A stretch of DNA of 64,000 nucleotides from Candidatus Amesbacteria bacterium (lineage in GTDB: Bacteria > Patescibacteriota > Microgenomatia > CAZETR01 > Amesbacteraceae), in contig DAHWUD010000002.1 of assembly GCA_027331445.1 (NCBI GenBank), positions 77,018 to 141,017 of the forward strand, in the 5' to 3' direction. Each line of letters begins with the position of its first letter. Positions within the stretch are counted from its first letter, which is position 1. A program made the position numbers and the translations under genes. This document shows positions 54,134 to 63,696 of the stretch, one piece after another. The notes beneath the pieces are model-generated. The model was not told the DNA's origin, made no database searches, and saw only the letters and a program-made list of their open reading frames with translations.

Positions 54134-55846
54134 ATGTCTGCCCCAATTTATTCTCTCAAAATCGGCGGCCAGGCCGGCCAGGGTATCAAATCATCGGGCC
54201 AGCTGATAGCCAAAGTCGCCTCCCGTTCCGGCTATCATATCCATACCTATACCGAGTTCCCCTCCTTAATCCGCGGCGGTCACAACATCACTCAGGTCCT
54301 CTTCTCTCCCGATGAAATTGCCGCCCCCCTCCGTCAGACCGACCTGCTCATTGCTCTCAATCAGGATACTATTACCCGCCACCTCGCCGAACTGGTCTCC
54401 GGTTCCGGTCTGTTGTTTGATGCCGACAAAAAATTCCGCACCGCCGGCGCCGCCCCCGGCGTCCGTCTTCTCCCTGTGCCTTTGGCCAAACTATCAGGCG
54501 GTCAGGAATTATTGATCAACACCGTCGCCGTCGGCGCCGCCCTGGCTCTCCTCGGCGGCCGGCTGGATACCCTTAACGACCTCCTGCGGGCCGAGTTTGC
54601 CGACAAAGGCGATGCCGTCATCCGTCCCAACCTCGAAGCCGCCGCCGCCGGTTTCGATTTTGCCGCCCGGAATTTTGCCGCCCAAGTAGAGCCCCGTCTC
54701 ACCCCCCTGCCCGACCGCCCGCGTCAGATGATTGTCAACGGAGCCGAGGCCGTGGCTCTGGGAGCCATCGCCGGCGGTCTGCAGTTTGCCGCCATCTATC
54801 CCATGTCTCCCATCTCCGGCATTCTCCGGGTCTTAGCGCAGTACCAGGCGGAATATGGCTATATCTACAAACAGCCCGAGGATGAAATTTCTGCCGTCAA
54901 CATGGCCGTCGGCGCCGGCTTTGCTGGAGCGAGGGCCATGACCGCCACCAGTGGCGGCGGTTTTTGCCTCATGACCGAGGGCTATGGCCTGGCCGGCATG
55001 ACCGAAACTCCGGTGGTCATTGTCGAAGGCATGCGTCCCGGTCCCGCTACCGGCCTGCCCACCTGGTCTGCCCAGAGCGATCTGCAGTTTATTCTTCATG
55101 CCCACCAGGGTGATTTCCCCCGCATTGTTCTGGCCGCTTCCGACATCCGCGACGCCTTCTATCTCACCCGCCAGGCCTTCAACCTGGCCGCCAAATATCA
55201 GACCCCCGTAGTCGTCATCATCGACAAAGACCTTTGCGACGACGATCACAGCTATCCCGTATTCGACAATTCCGACTTTAAGCTAGACCGCGGCAAATTC
55301 ACTTCCGACTTCAACCCCGGCTTCGCCCGCTACTACATCGAATCCGACGGTATCTCTACTAGAAGCGCCCCCGGTACCGGCAACTTCTTCATCGCCAATT
55401 CCGACGAGCATAACCAGCAGGGTTTCAGTTCGGAAGACATCTCCGACGTCGTCTCCCAGCAGGCCAAGCGCCTGCGCAAGTTGGATACCTGTGCCCAAAC
55501 CGACATGCCTGCTCCCCAGCTCATCGGCCCCCCAGACGCTCCCCTGACTTTAGTCTCCTGGGGCAGTAACCGTGGCGCCGTCCTCCACGCCCTCCGGGAT
55601 TTTCCGGATGTGAATTACCTTCATCTCACCTGGATGAGTCCTTTCCCCACCACCGCCGTCACCTCACAGCTTTCCCGCGCCCGTCATATTATTGATATCG
55701 AATCCAACGCCACCGCCCAGCTGGCCCAGCTGATTGCCGCCCAAACCGGTATCACGATCACCGACCACCTGCTCAAATTCGACGGCCGCCCCTTTTTCCC
55801 CGATGAAATCTCCGCCAAAATTAATTCTGTTCTCCATCCCGCCTGA
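54134..55846 (+). CDS. 2-oxoacid:ferredoxin oxidoreductase alpha subunit (gamma+alpha fusion)
   Basis: N-terminal PorG-like KIGGQAGQGIKSSG, then a PFOR domain I/II pattern. 570 aa. Confidence 0.9.
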   Translation: MSAPIYSLKIGGQAGQGIKSSGQLIAKVASRSGYHIHTYTEFPSLIRGGHNITQVLFSPDEIAAPLRQTDLLIALNQDTITRHLAELVSGSGLLFDADKKFRTAGAAPGVRLLPVPLAKLSGGQELLINTVAVGAALALLGGRLDTLNDLLRAEFADKGDAVIRPNLEAAAAGFDFAARNFAAQVEPRLTPLPDRPRQMIVNGAEAVALGAIAGGLQFAAIYPMSPISGILRVLAQYQAEYGYIYKQPEDEISAVNMAVGAGFAGARAMTATSGGGFCLMTEGYGLAGMTETPVVIVEGMRPGPATGLPTWSAQSDLQFILHAHQGDFPRIVLAASDIRDAFYLTRQAFNLAAKYQTPVVVIIDKDLCDDDHSYPVFDNSDFKLDRGKFTSDFNPGFARYYIESDGISTRSAPGTGNFFIANSDEHNQQGFSSEDISDVVSQQAKRLRKLDTCAQTDMPAPQLIGPPDAPLTLVSWGSNRGAVLHALRDFPDVNYLHLTWMSPFPTTAVTSQLSRARHIIDIESNATAQLAQLIAAQTGITITDHLLKFDGRPFFPDEISAKINSVLHPA

Positions 55847-55848
55847 CT

Positions 55849-56703
55849 ATGCAGCTCTCCGACTTAGCCACCGTCTGCTCCCCCAATTGGTGCCCCGGCT
55901 GCGGCGACCTGGCCATTTGGGGCGCCTTTAAAAGTGCTTGTGTCAGCGAGGGTTGGGACAGTACCAATACCGCCCTGGTTGCCGGTATCGGCTGTCATGG
56001 CCACCTTTTAAACTTCACCAAACTCGTCTCCTTCGAGGGTTTGCACGGCCGGGCCATCCCCCTGGCCTTCGGCCTCAAAATGTCCAATCACCGCCTCAAT
56101 GTCTTTGTCTTTACCGGTGACGGAGACTGTCTGTCCGAAGGCGGCAATCACTTTATTCACGCCTGCCGCCGCAATCCCAATCTCAAGATCTTTATCCACG
56201 ACAACGCCATTTATGGCTTAACTACCGGCCAAACCTCTCCTACCTCTCCCTTGGGTTTCAAATCCAAATCCACCCCCGAAGGCAACGCCGATTTTCCCCT
56301 CAATCCTCTGGCCCTGGCCATTGCCTCCGGCGCCACTTTCGTCGCCCGCGGCTACGCCGGCGATATTCCCGGCCTTTCTGCCCTCATGATCAAAGCGCAG
56401 CAGCATCAGGGCCTGGCCGTTGTGGACATCCTCCAACCCTGCGTCACCTTCAACAAGGAATACACTCATACTTTTTATCGCGAAAACACCTATCAGTTAG
56501 ACGGGTCATACCAGCCTACCGACAAAATCGCGGCTTTCCAAAAAGCCCAGGAATGGGGTCTCAAAAGTATTCCCCTGGGTATTTTCTACGCCGTCGATTC
56601 CCCCACTTATGAATCCCGTTTTCCCCAAATTGCCGCCACTCCCCTGGTCGATCATTCCCCGGACAGGCCGGATCTTTCCGGATTGTTCCGCAAATTCGTC
56701 TAA
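55849..56703 (+). CDS. 2-oxoacid:ferredoxin oxidoreductase beta subunit (TPP-binding)
   Basis: CPGCGD and GDGD TPP motifs. 284 aa. Confidence 0.9.
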   Translation: MQLSDLATVCSPNWCPGCGDLAIWGAFKSACVSEGWDSTNTALVAGIGCHGHLLNFTKLVSFEGLHGRAIPLAFGLKMSNHRLNVFVFTGDGDCLSEGGNHFIHACRRNPNLKIFIHDNAIYGLTTGQTSPTSPLGFKSKSTPEGNADFPLNPLALAIASGATFVARGYAGDIPGLSALMIKAQQHQGLAVVDILQPCVTFNKEYTHTFYRENTYQLDGSYQPTDKIAAFQKAQEWGLKSIPLGIFYAVDSPTYESRFPQIAATPLVDHSPDRPDLSGLFRKFV

Positions 56704-57278
56704 CTTTGTTTTTCTCTCACTCCGTACTTTTCCCAAAATACCATCTCTCCGATCGGCTTTCTGTTTTCTTCATTATGCGGTACCGGACTTCCCCGGATAT
56801 GTCCCAGTGCCAGACTCCCGATCACCACCTGTTCCCGCGGGATTTCCAGCGTCAAATATGTCGTCTCTCTATCCATCGTCACCCAGCACGCCCCGATCCC
56901 CAGGCTCCACGCCGCCAGCCACATGTCTTGTAACGCTGCCGCCGCCGCGTATTCATACTGGTTATGTTCAGCTAGCCAAACGATCAGCTCTTTTCGTTCC
57001 TGGTTTTGCACCTCCTGCTCCGTCATTACCTGTTTTTCCGTGCTCACCACAATGCATACTTTGGCAGATCGCATGAAGCCTCCCTCTTTCGCCGTCTGCG
57101 CGAGCGTCTGTATGGTTTCCGGCTTTTTTACCACCACCAGGTGCCAAGGTTGGGAATCCAGCGGGCTGGGTGACCACCGCCCCGCCTCCAGAATTTGTGC
57201 CAACATTTCATCACCCACTTCCTCTTCCGTCCACGCCCGTACCGACCGCCGGGATTTTATGGCCTCGATTACTTCCAT
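56700..57278 (-). CDS. Nitroreductase family protein
   Basis: IKSRRSVRAWTEE N-terminus. 192 aa. Confidence 0.75.
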   Translation of the reverse strand: MEVIEAIKSRRSVRAWTEEEVGDEMLAQILEAGRWSPSPLDSQPWHLVVVKKPETIQTLAQTAKEGGFMRSAKVCIVVSTEKQVMTEQEVQNQERKELIVWLAEHNQYEYAAAAALQDMWLAAWSLGIGACWVTMDRETTYLTLEIPREQVVIGSLALGHIRGSPVPHNEENRKPIGEMVFWEKYGVREKQS

Positions 57279-57339
57279 CGTCCCATTATAATTTAGTTAT
57301 TGATCAACCGGAAGATAAACTTTATACTCCTTATCACTT

Positions 57340-57621
57340 ATGGCTGATGCTAATCCTTCCCCCGCTCCTCAGATGGACACCGACAAAGAAGTCATCGTCG
57401 GCAAATACAAAATCAAGGTTCTGCGTAGCGCCTGTATCGGCGCCGCTTCGTGTGTCGCCGTTTCCCCGGGCACTTTTTCCCTCGATCCCCAAAATAAAGC
57501 CGTCGTCAATTCCGGTTCCACCGACGTTCCCGAGAATATTCTCATGGCCGCCCAATCCTGTCCCACCAAAGCCATAGTCATCATCGATACCGAGACCGGA
57601 CAACAGGTTTGGCCCGCTTAA
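57340..57621 (+). CDS. Small ferredoxin (Pyrococcus-type single-cluster Fd with Ala in place of the second ligand)
   Basis: ACIGAASC...SCP cysteine spacing as in 4Fe/3Fe single-cluster ferredoxins. 93 aa. Confidence 0.6.
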   Translation: MADANPSPAPQMDTDKEVIVGKYKIKVLRSACIGAASCVAVSPGTFSLDPQNKAVVNSGSTDVPENILMAAQSCPTKAIVIIDTETGQQVWPA

Positions 57622-57624
57622 TTT

Positions 57625-58524
57625 ATGTCTAAAGGTTACCTTCTCGCCGCCGCCGCCGCCCTCATTTCCGGCGTTTCCATTTTTCTCAACAAATACGCTG
57701 TTACCGCCATTGTCCAGCCCTTAGTCTTTACCGCCGTCAAAAACTCCCTCGTCGCCCTCCTCATCCTGGCTCTGATCTTCGCCTCCGGTAAATGGCGCGG
57801 GGTTAAACAGCTTAGCCGCCGGCAGCTGCTGCTTCTGCTCGCCATCGGTATTATCGGCGGCTCCCTGCCTTTCTATCTCTTCTTTACCGGCTTGTCCCTC
57901 ATTCCCGCAGTCACCGGGGCCATTATTCAAAAGACTTTGGTGGTTTGGGTCGCCCTGCTGGCTTTTCCCTGGCTCAAAGAAAAGCTCTCCCCCGCCCACT
58001 GGGCCTTGGTCGTGCTCCTCTTTGCCGCCAACATCGCCGTCGGCGGTTTTCCCGGATTTAAACTCTCTATAGGAGAGCTGTTTGTCCTTCTGGCCACTCT
58101 CCTCTGGGCCGTAGAAACCATCCTCGCCAAACTCGTCCTCCCCCGTGTCGACCCGGACTTGGTCACTGCCGCCAGAATGGTCCTGGGATCGGCCATTTTA
58201 TTGACCGTCTCCGCCGTCGCCCAGCCCGCCGCCCTCCTGCATGTGTCCGCTCTGACTCTCACTCAGTGGTCATGGATCATTCTCACCGCCGTTACCTTAC
58301 TGCTTTATGTCACCACCTGGTATCGCGCCCTGAAATTTGCTCCCGCCACCGCCGTCACTGCCATTCTGGTCGCCTCCACTCTGGTTACCAATGTTCTCTC
58401 CGCCGTTTTCGTCACCCATTCTCTCTCCCGCCCCCTCGCCGTCCAGTCCCTGGCTATCGCCGCCGTCGTCGTCGCCTTTAGCCTTCTGCCTCTAGCACGG
58501 CCTCGCTCCACCGTTTCAGGTTAG
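57625..58524 (+). CDS. EamA/DMT superfamily transporter (10 TM)
   Basis: 299 aa with two EamA-like halves. Confidence 0.75.
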   Translation: MSKGYLLAAAAALISGVSIFLNKYAVTAIVQPLVFTAVKNSLVALLILALIFASGKWRGVKQLSRRQLLLLLAIGIIGGSLPFYLFFTGLSLIPAVTGAIIQKTLVVWVALLAFPWLKEKLSPAHWALVVLLFAANIAVGGFPGFKLSIGELFVLLATLLWAVETILAKLVLPRVDPDLVTAARMVLGSAILLTVSAVAQPAALLHVSALTLTQWSWIILTAVTLLLYVTTWYRALKFAPATAVTAILVASTLVTNVLSAVFVTHSLSRPLAVQSLAIAAVVVAFSLLPLARPRSTVSG

Positions 58525-59188
58525 CTTCCTCCCGCTCCGTCAATATTTTCACCGCCTGCTTCCAGTGCACAGCTACCGTCTCCCCTACTTTTACCCCCGG
58601 CAACATCTCTTCCCTATATTTATATTTCCCCTCCAAAACAGTCAGCTTTTTTTTACCTTTCATTTTGGCCAAACTGATCAGATTTACCGTTAACCGGGCC
58701 CGGCCTACCTCCGTCACTTTTCCCCACCGGATCATGCAGTTGTTGATCGTCTCCATATTAAACGGCACCGACCCGCTGGCCCGCCCCACTCCCACATGCA
58801 GCACCTGGAACAAATGACAGGGAATAAATTTTTTGGGTTTATCCCTCTCCAATTCCGCCACCAGCCACTCCGGCACCCCCTGCTTGGCCAAATTCGAAAG
58901 TAGTAGCTTGTAATGCTCTCCCTTTGCCTTCTTCAGTTCCTCATTTCCCAGCCAGTACGCCTCTACCCCGGCATAACTCAGCTTATCCTTTCCGGTCACC
59001 GCTGTGAGTGTCTCCAGATAGGGGTTTAATACGATAAATTTACCCACTTCCTTCGCAATTCCCTCGCACGCTCCCTTTTCTATACATTCCCGAAACTTGG
59101 CAGGTGCCGTTCCCCGCCCGCAGTACCCCAGACTATTCGGCGGCAGTGCGAATCGGGCCGCCAGTTGTAATGCTTTTTTCTCCGCCAT
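58478..59188 (-). CDS. Hypothetical Cys-containing protein downstream of the hydrogenase genes
   Basis: 236 aa. YCGRG...C...C cluster near the N-terminus. No recognised domain. Confidence 0.45.
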   Translation of the reverse strand: MAEKKALQLAARFALPPNSLGYCGRGTAPAKFRECIEKGACEGIAKEVGKFIVLNPYLETLTAVTGKDKLSYAGVEAYWLGNEELKKAKGEHYKLLLSNLAKQGVPEWLVAELERDKPKKFIPCHLFQVLHVGVGRASGSVPFNMETINNCMIRWGKVTEVGRARLTVNLISLAKMKGKKKLTVLEGKYKYREEMLPGVKVGETVAVHWKQAVKILTEREEANLKRWSEAVLEAEG

Positions 59189-59205
59189 TCGCTATATTGT
59201 ACAGC

Positions 59206-59607
59206 ATGACCGTTTACGTCTTCGGTAACCCCGACGTCCCCCCGGATGATCGCGCCTTCATTGTCACCGCCCGCCTGAAATCCGTCTTTCCCGCTATCGA
59301 TTTTCAGCCTGTTGCCCCCAATGCCGACCTTCCCTTCGCCGACGTGGATCATGTCCGCCTTATCGACGTCGTCGCCGGCCTTCCCCACGCCGCTTTAATT
59401 GACCAAACTGACCTGGGCCGTTTAATCACTTCCCCCTCTGTTACTGCCCACGACTATGATTTGGGGTTTCAGCTCAGGTACTTAAAAAAACTCGGCCGGC
59501 TCGGCCGCGTCTCCATTCTCGGTCTCCCACCTCATGGCCGGCTGAATTATTCCCTGATCCAGTCAATCTTCAAAAAATTGGTCGCGCAGGACATGCAGGG
59601 GTCGTAA
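59206..59607 (+). CDS. Hydrogenase maturation protease (HycI/HybD/FrhD family)
   Basis: Start taken at the internal ATG: MTVYVFGNPDVPPDDRAFIVTARL...VRLIDVV, matching the GNxxxxDDgxG...vDA pattern. The track ORF 59104-59607 begins upstream inside the neighbouring gene. Confidence 0.6.
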   Translation: MTVYVFGNPDVPPDDRAFIVTARLKSVFPAIDFQPVAPNADLPFADVDHVRLIDVVAGLPHAALIDQTDLGRLITSPSVTAHDYDLGFQLRYLKKLGRLGRVSILGLPPHGRLNYSLIQSIFKKLVAQDMQGS

Positions 59608-60851
59608 GCCCGGATAATCACTTCCGCCGCGTGATGTAATTCTTCTTCGCTCTGCCCGATATTCTCATTGAAATATTTCTTCAGGTCGTTTTCGATCGTG
59701 ATCTGGTTTTGGGCCGTCGGCACGATCACTTCATACCCTTCGATCATCCCTTTGTCGTTAACTTTTGCCATATGATACAACACCCCCCGCGGCGCCTCCA
59801 CCACTCCGACTCCCTCCCCGGCCTGCCACGGCTTTCTCACCGGCTTTTCTTCCGGGTTGATCTGGATGGACTTGAGAATGTCTATGGCGTCGTCCACGCA
59901 TTGCAGCACTTCCACCGCCTGCGCCAGGTTGTTATGGTAAATGTTCTCTGATGGGAACACCGTTAGGTACTCTCCTGCGTCCGCCGCCGTCCGGGAATTA
60001 AGTAAGTCTTTGTTGAAATTCATGCGCGCGAGCGCCCCCACCAGGTAATCCTCGTGTGTCTGTGCCAGTTTATATCCCTCCGCTTGTGAATACGGGATCA
60101 CTACCTGCTCCAAAAAGTTTTTAAACTCTTTTTCGTAAAACCGCCTCCCGTCGGAAATCCTCAGCTCCCCTTCCAGAAAATCATATTGCCGGTCATTTCT
60201 CAGATACATGTAATCGCTGTTGCGCACCAAACTGTCCTTGGCCTCAAAAAAAGTCTTTATCCCCCGCAGCACTTGCGGCCGGATGGCTTCCAGCCGGGTG
60301 ACCAGCTCCGGAAATTTCGTGGGATCGGGGTTTCTCAGAAACCCTCCCACCGTCGGCCAGGGTGCGTGAATGGCGGCCCCGATAACCACATTGGTAATAT
60401 CCGTCCCCAGCCTTTTGATATCAAATGAGTCGTGCAGCAGCACGTGCCCGATATCGGCGTCGTCATCCGGAATCTCCAAAATGGAATCCAGCCCCAGAAT
60501 ATCCGGCAGCACAAAAAAATACAGGTGCAATGCGTGATCCCGAATCATCAGTCCGTCATACGCCAGCCGCCGTAGCAATTTGCTCTGCTCTGACAATTCG
60601 ATCCCCTGCGACCTTTCCACCGCCTCCAGGCTGGCAAATAGGTGCGCCACGGAGCACGTTCCGCAGATTCGCGACAAAAACGCCGGCACGGCGATTATTG
60701 GCTTGCCGACTACCGCCTCCGTGTAAAACCGCCGGTAGTCCTGGACGATAAATTTCAAATCCGTCACCGTGTCATTTTCAATCTTCACTGCCAGTCCGGC
60801 CGACCCCTCGATTTTGGTTACGTTTTCAATCGTGATATCTCCGCTGTGCAT
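59547..60851 (-). CDS. [NiFe]-hydrogenase large subunit (group 3-like, cytoplasmic)
   Basis: N-terminal RICGTCSVAH (L1) and C-terminal DPCMSCATN (L2) Ni-Fe ligand motifs. 434 aa. Confidence 0.85.
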   Translation of the reverse strand: MHSGDITIENVTKIEGSAGLAVKIENDTVTDLKFIVQDYRRFYTEAVVGKPIIAVPAFLSRICGTCSVAHLFASLEAVERSQGIELSEQSKLLRRLAYDGLMIRDHALHLYFFVLPDILGLDSILEIPDDDADIGHVLLHDSFDIKRLGTDITNVVIGAAIHAPWPTVGGFLRNPDPTKFPELVTRLEAIRPQVLRGIKTFFEAKDSLVRNSDYMYLRNDRQYDFLEGELRISDGRRFYEKEFKNFLEQVVIPYSQAEGYKLAQTHEDYLVGALARMNFNKDLLNSRTAADAGEYLTVFPSENIYHNNLAQAVEVLQCVDDAIDILKSIQINPEEKPVRKPWQAGEGVGVVEAPRGVLYHMAKVNDKGMIEGYEVIVPTAQNQITIENDLKKYFNENIGQSEEELHHAAEVIIRAYDPCMSCATNFLKIDWIRE

Positions 60852-60854
60852 ATT

Positions 60855-61346
60855 TTATGCCGGGACAATGCTAAATAGTTTCAGGTATTTCGTCAGCATC
60901 GCCATAAACGTCTCCGCATTCATCGGACACCCGGGCACCGCATCGTCTATCTTGATTACTTCCTCGAGCTTCCGCACTTTCTGGCTGTAATCAAAATTCT
61001 TCATATACCATTGGATTCTTTCCGTAATCATCTCGTCTTTAAAATCGTTTCTGGATGCCGACGGCAGCCCCGTGCACGCGCACGCTCCGATCGCCACCAC
61101 ATACTTGGCGTTATCCCGGATTTTTTTTACCTCCGCCTCCTGCTTCGCCGACGAAATCGCCCCTTCCACAAACGCCACATCTAAACCCTCGATGGAATTT
61201 TTAGTTTTCAGTTGCCTGACATACTTAAAATCTACCAGTTTCTTCCATTCATCCAGGTGATCGTTCAGAAGCTCCGTAAACAAAATCGTGCTGTCCTCGC
61301 AGCAGGTAAATGAGAACCAGCCCACGGCCAATTTTTTCCCGTCCAT
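60855..61346 (-). CDS. [NiFe]-hydrogenase small subunit (group 3 delta-type)
   Basis: FTCCEDS...GACACTG...GCPMN cysteine pattern. 163 aa. Confidence 0.8.
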   Translation of the reverse strand: MDGKKLAVGWFSFTCCEDSTILFTELLNDHLDEWKKLVDFKYVRQLKTKNSIEGLDVAFVEGAISSAKQEAEVKKIRDNAKYVVAIGACACTGLPSASRNDFKDEMITERIQWYMKNFDYSQKVRKLEEVIKIDDAVPGCPMNAETFMAMLTKYLKLFSIVPA

Positions 61347-61360
61347 GCTAATATAATATC

Positions 61361-61561
61361 ATGTGTTTAGCCATCCCGGGCCGGGTCACCGGCATCGACG
61401 GCGCCCGGGTCACCGTTCAATATCCGGGGCAGTCCCGCATCGTTCTCTCCGGCGGTGAATCCGTCAAAATCGGCGACCATGTTTTAGTCCAGATGGGTAT
61501 TATTATTCAGATAATTTCCCCCCGCCGGGCCGCCGCCTCTCTTCGCGCCTGGACCTCATAG
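61361..61561 (+). CDS. hypC: Hydrogenase maturation factor HypC
   Basis: MCLAIPGRV N-terminus. 66 aa. Confidence 0.8.
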   Translation: MCLAIPGRVTGIDGARVTVQYPGQSRIVLSGGESVKIGDHVLVQMGIIIQIISPRRAAASLRAWTS

Positions 61562-61565
61562 ACTC

Positions 61566-61928
61566 TTATTTTATTGCCTCCTGAAGCGTCGCAAATCCCA
61601 AAAGCGCGCATTTCCTTCGCGCCGGCGTCAGCGTAATCCCCATTTTTTTTAAAAAAGCCTCCGACGTCATTTTTTTTATTTTTACCACCGGCTGACCCTC
61701 CGTCTCTCCCGTCAGTATCGATGCCGCCGCTCTGGCTATCGCGCACCCCTCCCCTTCCCATGCTATCTCGGCGATTTTTTTATTGACGATTCTGGCACTG
61801 ATGTGGATTTTGTCCCCGCACAACTCATTCACCGAAGTTTTCTCCGCATTGGCGTTTTTTACTACCCCGTAATTTTGCGGGTGCTCAAAATTCTCCAGAA
61901 TTATTTCCCTGTACAACGGATCATTCAT
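61566..61928 (-). CDS. sufU: SufU/IscU-like Fe-S cluster scaffold (NifU N-terminal domain)
   Basis: LCGDKIHI...GEGCAIARAAAS; lacks LPPVK (SufU-type). Confidence 0.8.
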   Translation of the reverse strand: MNDPLYREIILENFEHPQNYGVVKNANAEKTSVNELCGDKIHISARIVNKKIAEIAWEGEGCAIARAAASILTGETEGQPVVKIKKMTSEAFLKKMGITLTPARRKCALLGFATLQEAIK

Positions 61929-63142
61929 ACTCTGAATATCTTTTTTACCTCGGCTATTCCTTCTGCCAGCCGGTCTATATCCTCTTTGGTGTTATACAGA
62001 TATATCGACGCCCGCACCGTGCTTTCCACCCCCAGCCTGGCCAGAAGCGGCATGGCACAGTGATGTCCGGTGCGCACGCAAATCTGTTTCCTGTTGAGAA
62101 TCTCTCCGACGTCATGCGCATGAACTCCCGCCACATTGAACGCCACCACTCCCAGTCGGTTTTTTCCGCTTTTGCTCCCGTAGATCTCCACCCTGGGAAT
62201 TTTTATCAGTGTTTCCAGCAGATATTCCGTCAGTTCTTTCTCGTATCCGGCGATTTTTTCCCTTCCCGCCTTCTGCAGGTAATCGACAGCCGCCCCCAGG
62301 CCCGCCGCCCCCTCCAGCCGTCCCGTCCCCGTCTCGAACTTTTCCGGCACCCGGTTCCAGCTTGCCCCCTCCTCCGTCACCTCATTGATCATATGGCTTC
62401 CCGACAGCATCGGGTCCATCGCCTCCAGCAATTCCCGCCTGGCCCACAGTCCCCCGATCCCCGACGGCCCCAGCATTTTATGTCCCGACCACGCCAGAAA
62501 ATCACACCCCAGTTTACCGACGTCGATCTTCATATGCGGTATGGACTGCGCCGCATCCACCACCAGCTTCGCTTTTATTTTTCGCCGCTTTAAATAATCG
62601 GCAATTTCGGCAATCGGGTTAACTGTCCCCAGCACGTTTGACGCCTGGGTCAAAGCCACCAGTTTTATCTTCTCTTTTTTTATCTTCGCTTTATCCAAAA
62701 TCCGATAATCAATCGTAAAATCAGGTAAAAGCGGCAGCATGAATATCCTGATTCCGATTTCCTTCCGCAGCCGCAGCCAGGGCACAAAATTTGAGTGGTG
62801 CTCTGCCGCAGAGATTACCACTATATCCCCGCTGGTCAGAAACTTTTTCCCGTACCCCAGCGCCACCAGGTTTAAGGCCTCCGAGGCGTTCCCCGTAAAT
62901 ACTATTTCCCTCTCATCCCTGGCTCCCACAAACCTCGCCATCTTACCCCTTGCCCCCTCAAATATGTCGGTCGCCTCCTGGCTCAAATCATAAATTCCCC
63001 GGTGTACGTTGGCGTTGTGTTTTTCCAAAAACTCCGTCATCGCCGCTATCACCTGCCGGGGTTTCTGGCTGGTCGCCGCACTGTCCAGATATACCATCTC
63101 CGGCCGGTTGCCAAAAATCGGGAAATCTTTTCTGAGGTTCAT
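61925..63142 (-). CDS. sufS: Cysteine desulfurase SufS
   Basis: Aminotransferase class V. VYLDSAATSQKP, SGHKMLGPSG (PLP Lys), RTGHHCA (active Cys). Confidence 0.9.
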   Translation of the reverse strand: MNLRKDFPIFGNRPEMVYLDSAATSQKPRQVIAAMTEFLEKHNANVHRGIYDLSQEATDIFEGARGKMARFVGARDEREIVFTGNASEALNLVALGYGKKFLTSGDIVVISAAEHHSNFVPWLRLRKEIGIRIFMLPLLPDFTIDYRILDKAKIKKEKIKLVALTQASNVLGTVNPIAEIADYLKRRKIKAKLVVDAAQSIPHMKIDVGKLGCDFLAWSGHKMLGPSGIGGLWARRELLEAMDPMLSGSHMINEVTEEGASWNRVPEKFETGTGRLEGAAGLGAAVDYLQKAGREKIAGYEKELTEYLLETLIKIPRVEIYGSKSGKNRLGVVAFNVAGVHAHDVGEILNRKQICVRTGHHCAMPLLARLGVESTVRASIYLYNTKEDIDRLAEGIAEVKKIFRV

Positions 63143-63696
63143 ATACTTAAATTCCTCATGGCCAGCTTCCTCATTTTCTCCGGAAATTTACGCAGCATGC
63201 TCTGGGCGAATCCGGACACCACCAGCCGATAAGCCTGCTCCCGGTCTACCCCCCGGCTCATTAAATAAAACATTTGTTCTTCGTCCACCCGGCCGACGGT
63301 AGCCGCATGCCCGGCCTTGACGTCATTCTCCCCTATCTCCAGGTTCGGCACTGCCCGCCCCGCCGCCTGCCCGGACAAAAGCAGCAGGTGCGCTCCCAGC
63401 CAGGCATCGGACCCGGCCGCCCCCGGCAAAATCTTCACCCACCCGTCAAAATCCACCCTGGCCCGCTCCCCCAGGGCCCCCTTGACCAAAAGTTGGCTTT
63501 TAGTCTGCCGGGCCAGGTGCCGCACTTCCGCTTTAATATTTAGGCTGCTCGTGCCTTTTCCCAACAGTAACAGTAGTATTTCCGTCTCCGCCCCCTCCCC
63601 CGCCAGATCCACATTTATATCCATTTCCGTTTCCTCTCCCGTCCACAGTATCGGCAGCGTTTTTTTCTGCCCCGCCTTTACCGTAATTCTGTTCAT
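63139..63696 (-). CDS. sufD: Short SufD-family Fe-S assembly protein
   Basis: Beta-helix-like C-terminal SufB/D domain ([11 protein letters not shown]). 185 aa. Confidence 0.7.
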   Translation of the reverse strand: MNRITVKAGQKKTLPILWTGEETEMDINVDLAGEGAETEILLLLLGKGTSSLNIKAEVRHLARQTKSQLLVKGALGERARVDFDGWVKILPGAAGSDAWLGAHLLLLSGQAAGRAVPNLEIGENDVKAGHAATVGRVDEEQMFYLMSRGVDREQAYRLVVSGFAQSMLRKFPEKMRKLAMRNLSI

